The notes beneath the pieces are model-generated. The model was not told the origin of the DNA, did no database searches, and was given only the letters and a program-made list of their open reading frames with translations. DNA of 64,000 nucleotides, from NCBI GenBank assembly GCA_051013385.1, contig CP143273.1, forward strand, positions 1,632,001 through 1,696,000. The letters are read 5' to 3'. Positions within the stretch are counted from its first letter, which is position 1; each line of letters begins with the position of its first letter. This document shows positions 49,835-61,200 of this stretch, piece by piece. Origin of the DNA: Phormidium sp. (lineage in GTDB: Bacteria > Cyanobacteriota > Cyanobacteriia > Cyanobacteriales > Aerosakkonemataceae). The translations under genes were made by a program, and so were the position numbers.

Positions 49835-50818
49835 ATGTTTGATGAGTTTATTGGTTATCTTGCGCCTGATTATTGCGATCGCTATTCCACCCACCTACAA
49901 AAAGAAGCAATTTTAACCCTACGCCAGGAACGCCAAGCGAAATTATTCACCCCGCAAAATCGGCAGTATCAAGCAGCAGTACAAGCGGTTCAAGATATCA
50001 AAAGTAATTGGTTTGACTTTTCTGATTCTGTTGTAAAAATTGGGCGCAAAGATGAACTTTCCCCGGAACAACAACAGCGTTTTTTGCCAACATTAAAAGC
50101 TTTTTGTCCTTGGAAAAAAGGCCCTTTTGAACTCTTTGGGATTAATATAGATGCCGAATGGCGTTCTGATTGGAAATGGGAGCGAATTTTCCCCTATATT
50201 CAATCTTTAGAAAATCGCAAAGTTGCGGATATTGGTTGCCACAATGGTTATTTTATGTTTCGCATGGCAGAACAAAAACCTGATTGTGTAATTGGGTTTG
50301 AACCTGTAGCTAAACACTTTTGGAACTTTCAATTAATGCAGAATATTGTCCAACAAGAAAACCTATTTTTTGAGTTACTTGGTGTTGAACATATAGATTT
50401 TTATCCTGATTTTTTTGATACAATCTTTTGTTTGGGAATTTTATATCATCATCCCGATCCGATCGGTCTTTTAACGAAAATGAAACAAGCCCTAGCACCA
50501 AAGGGAGAAATCATTATAGACTGTCAAGGAATACCCGGAGAATTACCAGTTTCCCTAACTCCTCGGAAGCGTTACGCACAAGCGAGAGGGATTTGGTTTT
50601 TGCCTACACAAAGTTGTTTAGAAAATTGGTTAGCGCGTGCAGGTTTTACGCAGATTAACTGTTTTTTTGCTGCACCTTTATCAGTTGAAGAACAGCGTCG
50701 CACTGCTTGGGCAGATATAGATAGTTTACAGGAATTCCTCAATTCTGATGATGATTCTTTAACAATAGAAGGTTATCCTGCACCTTGGCGTTATTATGTG
50801 ATTGCCAGGAAAGACTAA
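49835..50818 (+). CDS. cmoB: tRNA U34 carboxymethyltransferase CmoB
   Basis: Motifs PWKKGPF, IDAEWRSDWKW, DIGCHNGY, GILYH, EQRRT and TIEGYPAP. Confidence 0.9.
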   Translation: MFDEFIGYLAPDYCDRYSTHLQKEAILTLRQERQAKLFTPQNRQYQAAVQAVQDIKSNWFDFSDSVVKIGRKDELSPEQQQRFLPTLKAFCPWKKGPFELFGINIDAEWRSDWKWERIFPYIQSLENRKVADIGCHNGYFMFRMAEQKPDCVIGFEPVAKHFWNFQLMQNIVQQENLFFELLGVEHIDFYPDFFDTIFCLGILYHHPDPIGLLTKMKQALAPKGEIIIDCQGIPGELPVSLTPRKRYAQARGIWFLPTQSCLENWLARAGFTQINCFFAAPLSVEEQRRTAWADIDSLQEFLNSDDDSLTIEGYPAPWRYYVIARKD

Positions 50819-50834
50819 TCTGATAAAATTTTTC

Positions 50835-51110
50835 CTAGCTTCCTCTTAACTTTTGCTGCTTTTTCTGATAGTCATTCCAAATTAAATGCAGGTTTTTTTT
50901 GGTGACTTTCTCCCCTAATGCTTGGGAAAGATCTTGCCACAACTCAGAACCAATACTTTTGATATAAGCACTACAATAAGAAGACTCCTCTGCCATTTGA
51001 GTATAAGCTTTACCTAACCATGATTGATGCAAAATGAATCGCTCGATCGGAGTGAGTTTTCGGGATAGTAGCACCCTTTCTATGGTTTCTAGAATTTCCT
51101 CAAAATTCAT
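50835..51110 (-). CDS. stand-alone HTH domain of the type found N-terminal to cyanobacterial STAND ATPases
   Basis: Motif GSELWQDLSQALGEKVTKKN. Confidence 0.6.
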   Translation of the reverse strand: MNFEEILETIERVLLSRKLTPIERFILHQSWLGKAYTQMAEESSYCSAYIKSIGSELWQDLSQALGEKVTKKNLHLIWNDYQKKQQKLRGS

Positions 51111-51298
51111 TGATTAATTGGTTCTCAATCAACTATACGGTGTTAAGTGATTTGTCAACCGTTCTGATTAACAAAACGGCTCATATAATTTTCATTATCG
51201 TTATTATTGTACTTTCTTCCTTATGGCTGATGGCAAGAAAGAATTTGTAAAATTCCTAACTTTAAGAATAGCTAAAGTTACACCACTTTTCAGGTAAC

Positions 51299-51560
51299 TG
51301 CGGTACAAAGAAACCCGGTTTCTTGAAGAAACCGGGTTTCTTTTGTGTACTTCATAAACCTGCAATCGGCTGTATATTTAATATCATGTCTTTTAGATCG
51401 GACATAATATCCTTAATCCAAAACCCTGTAGAGACGTTATATATAACGTCTCTACATTATGGGTAATCAACCGGACATGATATAAGTAGCCGTTATCAAT
51501 TGTGTACACCAAAACCCGTGAAAAAGCAAAGTAGAGACATTTCATACAACATCTCTACTT
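51299..51560. repeat. cluster of REP/MITE-like palindromes
   Basis: Includes AAGAAACCCGGTTTCTT...AAGAAACCGGGTTTCTT, ATATCATGTC...GACATGATAT and GTAGAGAC...TCTCTAC. Confidence 0.75.
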
Positions 51561-51598
51561 TGCAGAATATTCATTTTTAGGACAAATGTAGTCCGAAT

Positions 51599-54130
51599 TT
51601 AACCCAGATAAGCGATCGTCACTCCCGCACCACCTTCTTTAGAATCAGCTAACTCGTAACGTTCAACTTGTGGATGTTCTTGCAAAAATTCATGCACACC
51701 TTGGCGCAGTTTTCCCGTACCTTTACCATGCACGATCCACAACACACCTGCACTCGTCGCCGCATTAATTCCCCGTTCTAATTCGCTTTCCGCATCTGCA
51801 ACTCGATAACCGCGAATATCAACAGTATTTTGCGAGGTGCGAATAGCGGGTGCGGGTGGTGGCGCTTGAGTTCCGCCTTTGTTTGGGGAAGTACGAGATG
51901 TTTCTTTTTCAGCGGGTTTTTGTTTAATTGGAAGTTCGGCTTTTTCCCCATTTAAAGATTCAATATCTGCTAAAGAAAGGATCATTTTCATGCTGCCAAA
52001 TCGCACACTTAAATTACCATTTTCATCAGCAGCGGTTAAAACTTCCGCAGTTTGATTAAATTTAGGAATGCGAATGCGATCGCCAACTTCCGGTTTAAAT
52101 CCCGGTTTTGGTTTGGCAGGCGGTGGCAAATGTTTCTCTTTAATTTGATTAATTGCTGCTGTCGCTGCTTGAGCATCTTGTGCAGTCGCATTTCCCTGTT
52201 GTAAACGGCGAATTACTTGAGCAATTTCTCCTTTTGCTTGCGCGATCGCAGCTTGTACAGCTTGTTCTTGTTGTAAGCGTAATTGCTGTTCTCTTTCTTG
52301 TAAATTTGCCGCTTTTCTCGCTACTTCTTGATGTAATTTTTCCGCTTGTCTTAACAGTTCCGCTGCTTCTTCTGCTTTAGTTTCTTGCCGTTTTCTTTGC
52401 GCTTCCAAACCTGCAATTACTTGGTTAACATCTTCCGATGCACCACCAACATAAGTTTGTGCTTGTTCCACAATTTCGGCATTTAAACCTAACCGTCGCG
52501 CAATTGTTAAAGCGTTAGAACGTCCCGGAATTCCCCATAATAATCGATAGGTTGGCGAAAGGGTAACATCATTAAATTCTACTGAGGCATTTTCAAATCT
52601 TTCATCCTCATATTTGAGTGCTTTTAATTCGCCAAAGTGAGTCGTCGCCATTGTTAATAAAGTGGTGTTGGCGAGATGTTGTAAAAGTGCGATCGCTAAA
52701 GCACTCCCCTCAGCTGGATCTGTTCCTGCGCCGACTTCATCAAGTAATACTAGGCACTGGGGAGAGGGAGAGTTTTGAGTTTTGAGTTTTGAGTTTTGAG
52801 TTAAAGAGTTTTCTTGCTCCTCTGCTCCTCTGCTCCCCTGCTCCTCTGCTCCCCTGCTCCCCTGCTCCCCTGCTCCCCTGTTCCCCTGCTCCCCAGAAAT
52901 TGCTGCTAAAATTCGGCTAATTCTACGAATGTGCCCAGAGAAAGTAGAGAGACTTTGTTGCAGGGATTGTTCATCACCAATATCGGCTAAAATTTGGTCG
53001 AACCAGGGAATTTCTACGGGTTCGCGTGCGGGGATAAATAACCCGACTTTTGCCATTAAAGCTGCTAAAGCCAAGGTTTTTAAAGTAACAGTTTTTCCCC
53101 CGGTATTCGGCCCCGTAATTGTGACAACTCTGATTTTGGGTTGAATTAATAAATCAACGGGAATTACATTTAATCCTTGTTCATGTTTTTGTTGCCAAAC
53201 TAACAGCGGATGGCGCAATTGTCGCAAGGTAATAATTTCTTTTTCTGGTTCAATAAATCTTGGGGGATTTGCTTCTAACCATAAACTATATCTGGCTCTA
53301 GCAGTTGCTAAATCTAAGGTTGTAACGATCGCCAATAATCGCTCTAAATCTGGTTTAACTTCGGCGACTTGTTCCGTCAAAGCACGGCGAATTGCTTCTG
53401 CTTCGTTTTGTTCTTGACGCATTAATTGCCGCATCTGGTTTCCCAAAGATACGATCGAATTTGGTTCAACATAAAGAGTCGCGCCACTCATCGAAGTATC
53501 ATGAACAATTCCCGGAATTGCATCTTTACTAGTTGCTTTTACCGGAATCACAAAGCGATCGCCTCTTTGAGTAATTACTTGTTCTTGAACCGCATTAGAT
53601 TGGCGTTGAATAATTCCCTGTAAAATCTGATAAATTCTATCTCGCTGTTGGCGCATTTGATGGCGAATTCCGGCGAGTTTTTGACTAGCGCGATCGGCAA
53701 CATCACCGCGATCGTCAATACAGCGATGAATTTCCTGTTCTAACTCTGGATAAGTGCGTAAATCTGCAACTAAATCTGTCAAAACAGGCAAATCTTCTTG
53801 ATTATCAATAACTCGGCGCAGTTGTCTAGTTCCGGCAAGAGTTGTGGCAATATTCAACAACTCTTCACCTGACAAAATCCCCTGCAATTCCGCTCTTTCT
53901 AAAGCATCACCAATATCAGTAATGCCATCAAAACTTAACCCAGAAACTAAGCGAGTTTCTAATTGGTAAACTTCCTTAGTTTGGGCTAAAAGTGTTAAAC
54001 TTTCTGCTTGAGTTTGCGGGATTTGTAGGTGACGGGATGCGATCGCTCCTAACTTAGTAGCAGCGAAGGTAGATAAATGATGGCACAAGCGAGGCCATTC
54101 CAGTAGTTCTAAAGTTTCGTTTTGAATCAA
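51599..54130 (-). CDS. mutS2: MutS2 with Smr domain, containing an in-frame repeat insertion
   Basis: Motifs TGPNTGGKT, QSLSTFSGH, LLDEVGAGTDP, TTH and HGKGTG. Confidence 0.95.
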   Translation of the reverse strand: MIQNETLELLEWPRLCHHLSTFAATKLGAIASRHLQIPQTQAESLTLLAQTKEVYQLETRLVSGLSFDGITDIGDALERAELQGILSGEELLNIATTLAGTRQLRRVIDNQEDLPVLTDLVADLRTYPELEQEIHRCIDDRGDVADRASQKLAGIRHQMRQQRDRIYQILQGIIQRQSNAVQEQVITQRGDRFVIPVKATSKDAIPGIVHDTSMSGATLYVEPNSIVSLGNQMRQLMRQEQNEAEAIRRALTEQVAEVKPDLERLLAIVTTLDLATARARYSLWLEANPPRFIEPEKEIITLRQLRHPLLVWQQKHEQGLNVIPVDLLIQPKIRVVTITGPNTGGKTVTLKTLALAALMAKVGLFIPAREPVEIPWFDQILADIGDEQSLQQSLSTFSGHIRRISRILAAISGEQGNRGAGEQGSRGAEEQGSRGAEEQENSLTQNSKLKTQNSPSPQCLVLLDEVGAGTDPAEGSALAIALLQHLANTTLLTMATTHFGELKALKYEDERFENASVEFNDVTLSPTYRLLWGIPGRSNALTIARRLGLNAEIVEQAQTYVGGASEDVNQVIAGLEAQRKRQETKAEEAAELLRQAEKLHQEVARKAANLQEREQQLRLQQEQAVQAAIAQAKGEIAQVIRRLQQGNATAQDAQAATAAINQIKEKHLPPPAKPKPGFKPEVGDRIRIPKFNQTAEVLTAADENGNLSVRFGSMKMILSLADIESLNGEKAELPIKQKPAEKETSRTSPNKGGTQAPPPAPAIRTSQNTVDIRGYRVADAESELERGINAATSAGVLWIVHGKGTGKLRQGVHEFLQEHPQVERYELADSKEGGAGVTIAYLG

Positions 54131-54220
54131 GGGTTAAAAATCTAATTTCAATAGGGTAAATTAATTTGTCATTTGCGGAGTTTCCACAGGGAATGAGTAA
54201 ATCAAATACAGATCAACTAT

Positions 54221-54403
54221 TTAACAATCTAGACTAATTTCTTCCCAAAATTCCAGGATTAAATATTCTGGAATCAAAGGATAATTCTCGATATGATCCA
54301 GTTGTTCCGCATCCAAATCTGCAAACATTTCCTTTAAAACTTCCTCATCTCGTTCATAAAAAGGTCTTAGTGGAGCCAAGTAATTGCCAGTCAAGCTAAC
54401 CAT
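54221..54403 (-). CDS. small hypothetical protein
   Basis: 60-aa acidic ORF only. Confidence 0.35.
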   Translation of the reverse strand: MVSLTGNYLAPLRPFYERDEEVLKEMFADLDAEQLDHIENYPLIPEYLILEFWEEISLDC

Positions 54404-54536
54404 ATTGAATCCTATTGCCTGAGCGTTTGTAAAGTTCTTGTTACAAACTAAGGCCGATCGAGGTAGTTAAACCTCTGTCAATCTGCTTAACCTGACTGGC
54501 GATAATCCCTCTCAAAAGTAGGATAACGAAAATTAA

Positions 54537-54699
54537 GGGGACTGGGGACTGGGGACAAGGAGGCAAGGGGAAGAGGAGACAAGGAGACAACTGGACGAGG
54601 TGAATTTCTACATCTGCCCCTCTGCCCCCCTGCCCCTCTGCCCCTCTGCCCCCCTGCCCCTCTGCCCCCCTGCACCGAGAGCCCCTCTGCACCCCTGCA
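54537..54699. repeat. tandem GGGGACT and CCCCTCTG-type arrays
   Basis: Directly visible. Confidence 0.8.
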
Positions 54700-55065
54700 C
54701 TAACTAGGGGTAGCGACTGGCATTGGCTCATAAAGATACTCAAACCAGTTACCATCAGGATCGCGACCGTAAAAAGAAGCCGTCCCATCCCGATGTTCGT
54801 GAATTTTGGTTAAATGGATATCTTGCGCCTTGAGTTGTTCGTAAGCAGTTTCCATTTCCTGACGTTCACTGAACACAAAGCCAAAATGTGCTCCTGCTTG
54901 ATCGTAACCTGGACTCAACAGCGCCAAACCATCATCCCCAGCTTTCAAGTAAGCCCAGTCTGCATCTTTCCAAACTAACTCCATACCCATGTTTTGGTAA
55001 AACTCAGCTGCGCGACTAATATCTTGAACACAGATGGCGACATGACCCAGACGTTTCAATTTCAT
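54700..55065 (-). CDS. VOC/glyoxalase family protein
   Basis: Motifs LGHVAI, HFGF and FYGRDPDGNWFE. Confidence 0.85.
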   Translation of the reverse strand: MKLKRLGHVAICVQDISRAAEFYQNMGMELVWKDADWAYLKAGDDGLALLSPGYDQAGAHFGFVFSERQEMETAYEQLKAQDIHLTKIHEHRDGTASFYGRDPDGNWFEYLYEPMPVATPS

Positions 55066-55433
55066 AAATCAAAAATCTTCACGTTTCTCCCTATTTCTTA
55101 TTGTATGGTAATTACTTTGGAATCGGTTTTAAAAGTTTTCTTACTGCCGACAAGCTAAACGTAAAACCTCCGCGGCTACTTTAATTCAGGAATATTGGCT
55201 AGTAGAGATAACAAATCAACAACTTAAAGTATTTCGTGCTCCGGTTAATGGTGACAATCGTTCCGAGGAAACATTAAGCTCTGGTGAAATTTGTGCGATC
55301 GCTTTTCCCCATCTCCCCATCTCCAGACAAGAATTGATAAATTAGCCCCCAAATCCTAGTAAAATCGACTTAAATTTAGTATAATAAATAAGTTTATTTT
55401 GTTTATTTCCTTTCTTATAAGGAGTTAATAGGA

Positions 55434-56630
55434 ATGGAGCTTTCGGCAAATTCAGGTGACTCTTATCAAAAGAGTGAACAAGGACACCAGGCAAATAAGG
55501 AGCAAAAATTTGAAGCCTTTGATTTTTTCCGCGCCATCTTCTCCCTCGCCATAGTCGCATACAAAATAAAGATTTTTAACATCCCAAAAATCCTTGTACC
55601 GACGAGTGGTTTTACTAAGTCATTCAGCGATTATGTATTGAGTGGAATGGTAGGAGCCCTTGCCGTTCCGGTATTTTTACAAATGTCTCTCTTTCTTTTT
55701 TACAACAAAAGTGAAAAAATCGGTCTGAAATACTTTCTGCAAAAGCGTCTTCACCGATTGATATATCTTTATCTTTTTTGGTTGATTTCGATAACTATAT
55801 TCGATATTTTATTTTTCGGAGGGATGGAAACGATTCAATCAGCAACTTCATCAATCAAAGCCTTTTTAGAATTTATAGTTAGCGGCAACAGCACACCTTA
55901 TTTCTTCTTCTTTTCTCTAATTTTCGTAACTGTTCTTGCTGAAATATTAGTCTTGCTGTTTAGCAAAATAGAAAAGCCAGCTACAAAAATAACCATTAGT
56001 TACTGGTTACTTTTAACATCCTGCCTTTTAGTATTTAGTTTTTCTACTATCCAACCATTCATTAAGTACACAGGTATTCAATCATCATTCTTAAACTTCA
56101 TAAATAACATCACTGGATGGGACTACACTCCTGTTAATTTCTTACCTTATGTCTTTACAGCCGCCATTACTGTGCAGGAATACAAAGAAGGTAAATTAGC
56201 CAAAGTAACTAAATTTTTGAAACGAAAGTTATACGGCTTACTTGGGTTAACATTATTCTTTTTTGCTCTAGAATGGATATTAACCAGCAATGGTTTGTTG
56301 ATTCAAGTAGACCAAGCACCTTTAGATCATTACTTAAGGCTTTCTCTCGTTTTTGGCTCTTGGTTACTTCTATATTTAGGGGTAATATCAAAACCCCAAC
56401 TTCCGGCAACTGTTAAATTGCTCTCGGATTGCTCTTTGGGAATTTACGGTTTTCACGTTTTCTTTACCTTTGAAAAACCGCTACCTTTGGGAAGCCTTCC
56501 TGTGCTGGGTAGTCTGTTTCAGGCAGTTCCCGTTTGGCATATATTAGCTAATTTCTGTATAGTTTTGGTCGGTTCAATTGCGCTTACCTTATTGTTTAAA
56601 AGAATCAAAATATTCAAACAATTTGTTTGA
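55434..56630 (+). CDS. acyltransferase family 3 (OafA-like) membrane protein
   Basis: Motifs FDFFRAI, AVPVFL, KRLHRL and SLGIYGFH. Confidence 0.7.
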   Translation: MELSANSGDSYQKSEQGHQANKEQKFEAFDFFRAIFSLAIVAYKIKIFNIPKILVPTSGFTKSFSDYVLSGMVGALAVPVFLQMSLFLFYNKSEKIGLKYFLQKRLHRLIYLYLFWLISITIFDILFFGGMETIQSATSSIKAFLEFIVSGNSTPYFFFFSLIFVTVLAEILVLLFSKIEKPATKITISYWLLLTSCLLVFSFSTIQPFIKYTGIQSSFLNFINNITGWDYTPVNFLPYVFTAAITVQEYKEGKLAKVTKFLKRKLYGLLGLTLFFFALEWILTSNGLLIQVDQAPLDHYLRLSLVFGSWLLLYLGVISKPQLPATVKLLSDCSLGIYGFHVFFTFEKPLPLGSLPVLGSLFQAVPVWHILANFCIVLVGSIALTLLFKRIKIFKQFV

Positions 56631-56689
56631 ACCGATGCACCCATAATCCAAGCTCATTTTTGTTTTGACGGCTCTAGGAAAATACCTGA

Positions 56690-57631
56690 ATGATGAAGCT
56701 CAAAAAAGCAAAGATCCTACCTATCATCGGAACTATGGTTCTTGCCTTACCCATTGGTGTAACAGTGGGCGCTTTTTTAGAAAAAAACTATGGTTTCAGG
56801 AATATACTCAAGGGTGATTTTCGGACAAGTTCTTCGTCAGAAACAACAGAGACAAATCAAAATAGTATTCCGCAAAAGTATCAAGGAAAATTACAGTTGT
56901 TCATACTTGCTGGACAGTCAAATATGGCTGGAACGGGGGATGTTCTGCCGCAAGCCGAACAAGCAAACACTGACTCCAAAATTTATGTCTTTGGTAACGA
57001 TTATCGCTGGAAAGTAGCCAAAGAACCTGTTGATGACCCAACAAATCAAGTTGACAAAATATCACAAGACACACCCGCAGGTTACAGCCCCGCAGTAGAC
57101 TTTGCCACCACTCTTCAAAAGCAACGTCCTGATATGATAATTGGGCTAATACCTTGTGCTAAGGGTGGTTCTTCAATTCACGAGTGGCAAAGAAACGGAA
57201 ACTTAGATGAAAATACACTTTATGGATCTTGTTTAAAACGAGTACGTGCAGCTTCAACAATGGGAAATGTTGCTGGTATTCTTTTTTTTCAAGGCGAAAT
57301 TGATACAGTAGACCCCAAGGAAGATCCCAAAAGAGTATTTTGGGCCCATCAATGGGCAAACAAATTTACTCTTCTGATCCGAAATTGGCGCGGAGATTTA
57401 AAATCGCCTAATTTACCTGTAGTTTTTGCACAAATTGGCAGTAACACAGAACCAGAAAGATTTGTAAATTGGAAAGTTGTCCAAGAACAGCAGCGTCAAG
57501 TTAAGCTGCCATTTTCAGCAATGATTACAACAGATGACTTAGCCTTGAAAGACTACGTTCACTTTACTACAGAAAGTTATCAAACAATCGGTCAACGTTT
57601 TGCTAAAGCTTATTTGAGCTTGCAAAAATAA
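56690..57631 (+). CDS. sialate O-acetylesterase (SASA/CE6-like)
   Basis: Motifs LAGQSNMAG, FQGE and DYVHF. Confidence 0.85.
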   Translation: MMKLKKAKILPIIGTMVLALPIGVTVGAFLEKNYGFRNILKGDFRTSSSSETTETNQNSIPQKYQGKLQLFILAGQSNMAGTGDVLPQAEQANTDSKIYVFGNDYRWKVAKEPVDDPTNQVDKISQDTPAGYSPAVDFATTLQKQRPDMIIGLIPCAKGGSSIHEWQRNGNLDENTLYGSCLKRVRAASTMGNVAGILFFQGEIDTVDPKEDPKRVFWAHQWANKFTLLIRNWRGDLKSPNLPVVFAQIGSNTEPERFVNWKVVQEQQRQVKLPFSAMITTDDLALKDYVHFTTESYQTIGQRFAKAYLSLQK

Positions 57632-57985
57632 ACAGAATCCACTGAAAAGCTGACCTGAACTGTTTTTGGAGGTGTCGGTTAATCAAAGAAACTGGTGAGG
57701 ATTAGTAAGGATATAAATATTTAGTATAAATAACGCAAGTTGCTAGTTATTAATTCTTTCGGAGTTCCCCCCTTGAGTAAGGGGGGTAGTGGGGGGATCT
57801 AATGCTGTGATTACTAGGTTTTGATCCCCCCAACCCCCCTTATGTCGGTTAACACATTATTTGTCGTCTTAACTAATTAATGTCGTCCAAATTTACCAGC
57901 TTGTAATCCTTGCAAACTAAGGGTTTCAGCCATTTTAACACTATTTAGCTTCATGTGGGAGCTTTAACATTTTACTTGTCATTAT

Positions 57986-58162
57986 ATCGGCTGGCGAGGT
58001 TCACGAGTCTCCCTTCAAACTCGTGATGGTAAAACTTTGGATGTACGCTATAGCAACCATGTATGGCAATGCGATCATACAAAATTAGACCTGATGTTGG
58101 TCGATCAATTTGGTGAAGTTTTGAGTCGTCCTTGGTTAACAAAAATTACCGATAGTTATTCC
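57986..58162 (+). pseudogene. tnsB: TnsB (Mu/Tn7-like DDE transposase) fragment
   Basis: Translation IGWRGSRVSLQTRDGKTLDVRYSNHVWQCDHTKLDLMLVDQFGEVLSRPWLTKITDSYS, closely resembling cyanobacterial CAST TnsB. Confidence 0.85.
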
Positions 58163-58268
58163 CTTTACAACAATGGCGAAACGTCAGAAACTCGTTTAAC
58201 AGGGTGGAAGGGCGCGATCGCACTTACCCTGTTAACTTTAACTCCAAATTGGCGATCGCACTTTTTTA

Positions 58269-61200
58269 ATGCTAGTTTGCTATTTGACGACCCAAAGCGC
58301 ATTCTATGCCACAGCCATGCTCAAAATTTCGGGCAAAACCCGCAAGTTCTCTGCCTTTTTCCTTTTTCCTTTTACCCTTTTCCTCACCCTCCTCCTCTCC
58401 CTCTCTTGGGTGAATGCCCAAGAAGCGCCCAAGCCGAAGCCCCAACCTTGGCAGATTGATGGTATTTTAGCTGCCCTTGAAGATAGCCAAGACCAAGTGA
58501 AGAGATATGCTTTCGAGCAATTAGCTAGCTACAAGTCGCAAGACTTGAAATCGGTGGTTAAGAAACCGGAGGACATAGCACGCAAAGCTGCCGACATCCT
58601 CAAGGATGAAAAGGTGGACGCATCTGTTCGTAACAGTGCGGCAGAAGCCTTGGGTAAGTTGGGACAGGCAGCTCAACCCTATATCCCAGACATCGCCAAC
58701 ATCCTCAAAGATAAAAAGGTGGGTATAGATGCTCGTCGCAGTGCAGCACAAGCCTTGGGGAACTTGGGACAGGCAGCTCAACCCTATATCCCAGACATCC
58801 TCAACATCCTCAAAGATGACAAGGCGAACATAAACGTTATTAACAGTTCAGCAGAAGCCTTGGGTAAGTTGGGACAGGCAGCTCAACCCTATATCAAAGA
58901 CATCGCCAACATCCTCAAAGATGAAAAGGCGGACGCAGATGTTCGTGGCCATGCAGCAGCAGCCTTGGGTGACTTGGGACAGGCAGCTCAACCCTATATC
59001 AAAGACATCGCCAACATCCTCAAAGATGACAAGGTGGACGCATCTGTTCGTCGCAGTGCAGCACAAGCCTTGGGTAGCCTGGGACAGGTAGCTCAACCCT
59101 ATATCAAAGACATCGCCAACATCCTCAAAGATGAAAAGGCGGACGCATCTGTTCGTCGCGGTGCAGTAAAAGCCTTGGGTGACTTGGGACAGGCAGCTCA
59201 ACCCTATATCAAAGACATCGCCAACATCCTCAAAGATGACAAGGTGGACGCATCTGTTCGTCGCAGTGCAGTAGAAGCCTTGGGTAAGTTGGGACAGGTA
59301 GCTCAACCCTATGTCCAAGACATCGCCGACATCCTCAAAGATAAAAAGGCGGACGCAGATTTTCGTAGCTATGCAGCAATAGCCTTGTGGAACATAGGAC
59401 AGGCAGCTCAACCCTATATCCAAGACATCCTCGACTTCCTCAAAGATGAAAATGTGGCTATCTCTAATCGTTACGCTGTAGCAAAAGCCTTGGTTCGTAA
59501 CGGTGCAGCAAAAGCCTTCTTTATCTTGGGGAACGCAGCTCAAACCTATATCAAAGATATCCTCGACTTCCTCAAAAATGAAAAGCCGAAGATCGGTTCA
59601 TACGCTTTATATGATGCAGATGTTCGTGGCGATGCACTAAAAGCCTTGGGTAACATGGGACGGGCAGCTCAACCCTATATCCAAGACATCGCCGACTTCC
59701 TCAAAGATGACAAGGTGGACGCAGATTTTCGTGGCGATGCAGCACAAGCCTTGGGTAACATGGGACAGGTAGCTCAACCCTATATCCCAGACATCCTCAA
59801 CTTCCTCAAAGATGAAAATGTGGCTCTCTATCGGCGTTACGATGCAGCACAAGCCTTGAGCAATATCAGAAAACTGGAGCTAAACGAGGTTGTTGTCGTC
59901 CTAGATCGGGTCTATGAGCCAAATCAGTCAATCGTTACATTTGAACAGTGGCGGTTTTTAACCTATTTCCTGGGTGGCGGCACGGATGAGGTGAAAACCT
60001 TGCTCAAATGGCTTGGCAATCCTAAAGCACTTCCTACTAAACTCAAATACGAGGAAGGGAAGAAAACACTAGAAGTCTTTCGCGATCCCTGGAAAGTGAG
60101 TCAGGGACTAGAACGCTTACAAAGAGACTTAGCAGACAAGATAGGTATTGTTGCACAACAGATATCTTGGAAACCCCAGGATATACTCTTACTGCAAACT
60201 CACTGCAACAACCTCAAAAAAGGCAAATACAACGCCACTGATACGGTGCAGTCCGCAATTAATAATTTGACATTTTGGCAGTGGATTTTTAACGCCAGAA
60301 ACACCATCCTGATTCATGCTACCTTTTGGCTTGTCCTCATCTTCGCCTACCCCAAATCTGCCCAAGTCCAAGCCATCTTTTTCTGGAACCCGTGGGTACG
60401 CAAGATTTTGGGTGTGGGCTATGTGGGCTTTCTCCTCACCTGGGTTCCCTACCTGCGCCGCCAACTATTTGAACCCTTCAAACCTTCCCTATTAGCCGAT
60501 GCCGGATTAGACAATTTCAGTTCCCTCACCTACTTCCCACAGTCTAAAGTCAAACTTCCAGTTACAGGAGAAATCAAACCCGTTACCGAAGCACTACCCA
60601 GCATCCAAGGGCAAATCATCTTAGAAGGCGATTCCGGTTTAGGCAAGTCGATGTTTCTGCGCCATCTCGTCAAAAATTCCCCGCGCATCGTCGTCTACCT
60701 ACCCGCCCAAAAATGCGACAAAGGTGTGATTGAAGCGATTCAGGAAAAACTGCAAGGACAAGCACAAGATGCCGAATTCCTGAAAAACCTCATTTATAGT
60801 GGTGCTATCGATATCTGCATTGACGGACTCAACGAAGTCTCCGCCGAAACGCGAGCAAAAATCGTCCTCTTCGTTGAACAATATTTCCGGGCTAACATCA
60901 TCATGACCACCCAGCCTTTGGAGTGGATACCCCCCTCAACCGCAAAAACCTATTATTTACAACCCCTAGAAACTGACCAAATCAAGAAGTTTTTAATTTC
61001 CCGTCAGCCAAGACTGCCCAAAGATGCCAAAATTCCAGGAACTGATTACGAAAAAGCCTGCACCAACTACTTAAACGCCCTCAACAACCAACCTGCCGAA
61101 GATTTAGAAGCTGCTAAAAAGAGACTATCCAATCCAATGGATTTGACTCTCGTCGCCCTCATGCTATCTCAAGACAAAACACCCGATTTGTTTCGCCTGC

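Noticed and set aside
54441..54788. ORFs 54441-54788 and 54487-54675 (also 10269-10460 and 15350-15630)
   Set aside because: They are translations of tandem repeat arrays.
57668..57852. 5-bp target-site duplication for the CAST-like element
   Set aside because: The tRNA-side flank is AGAAG. Candidate left flanks are CCTTA (57843) or GGAGG (57673), and neither matches, so the left boundary is uncertain.
58580..59870. CRISPR array
   Set aside because: These are 105-bp in-frame coding repeats with no unique spacers.
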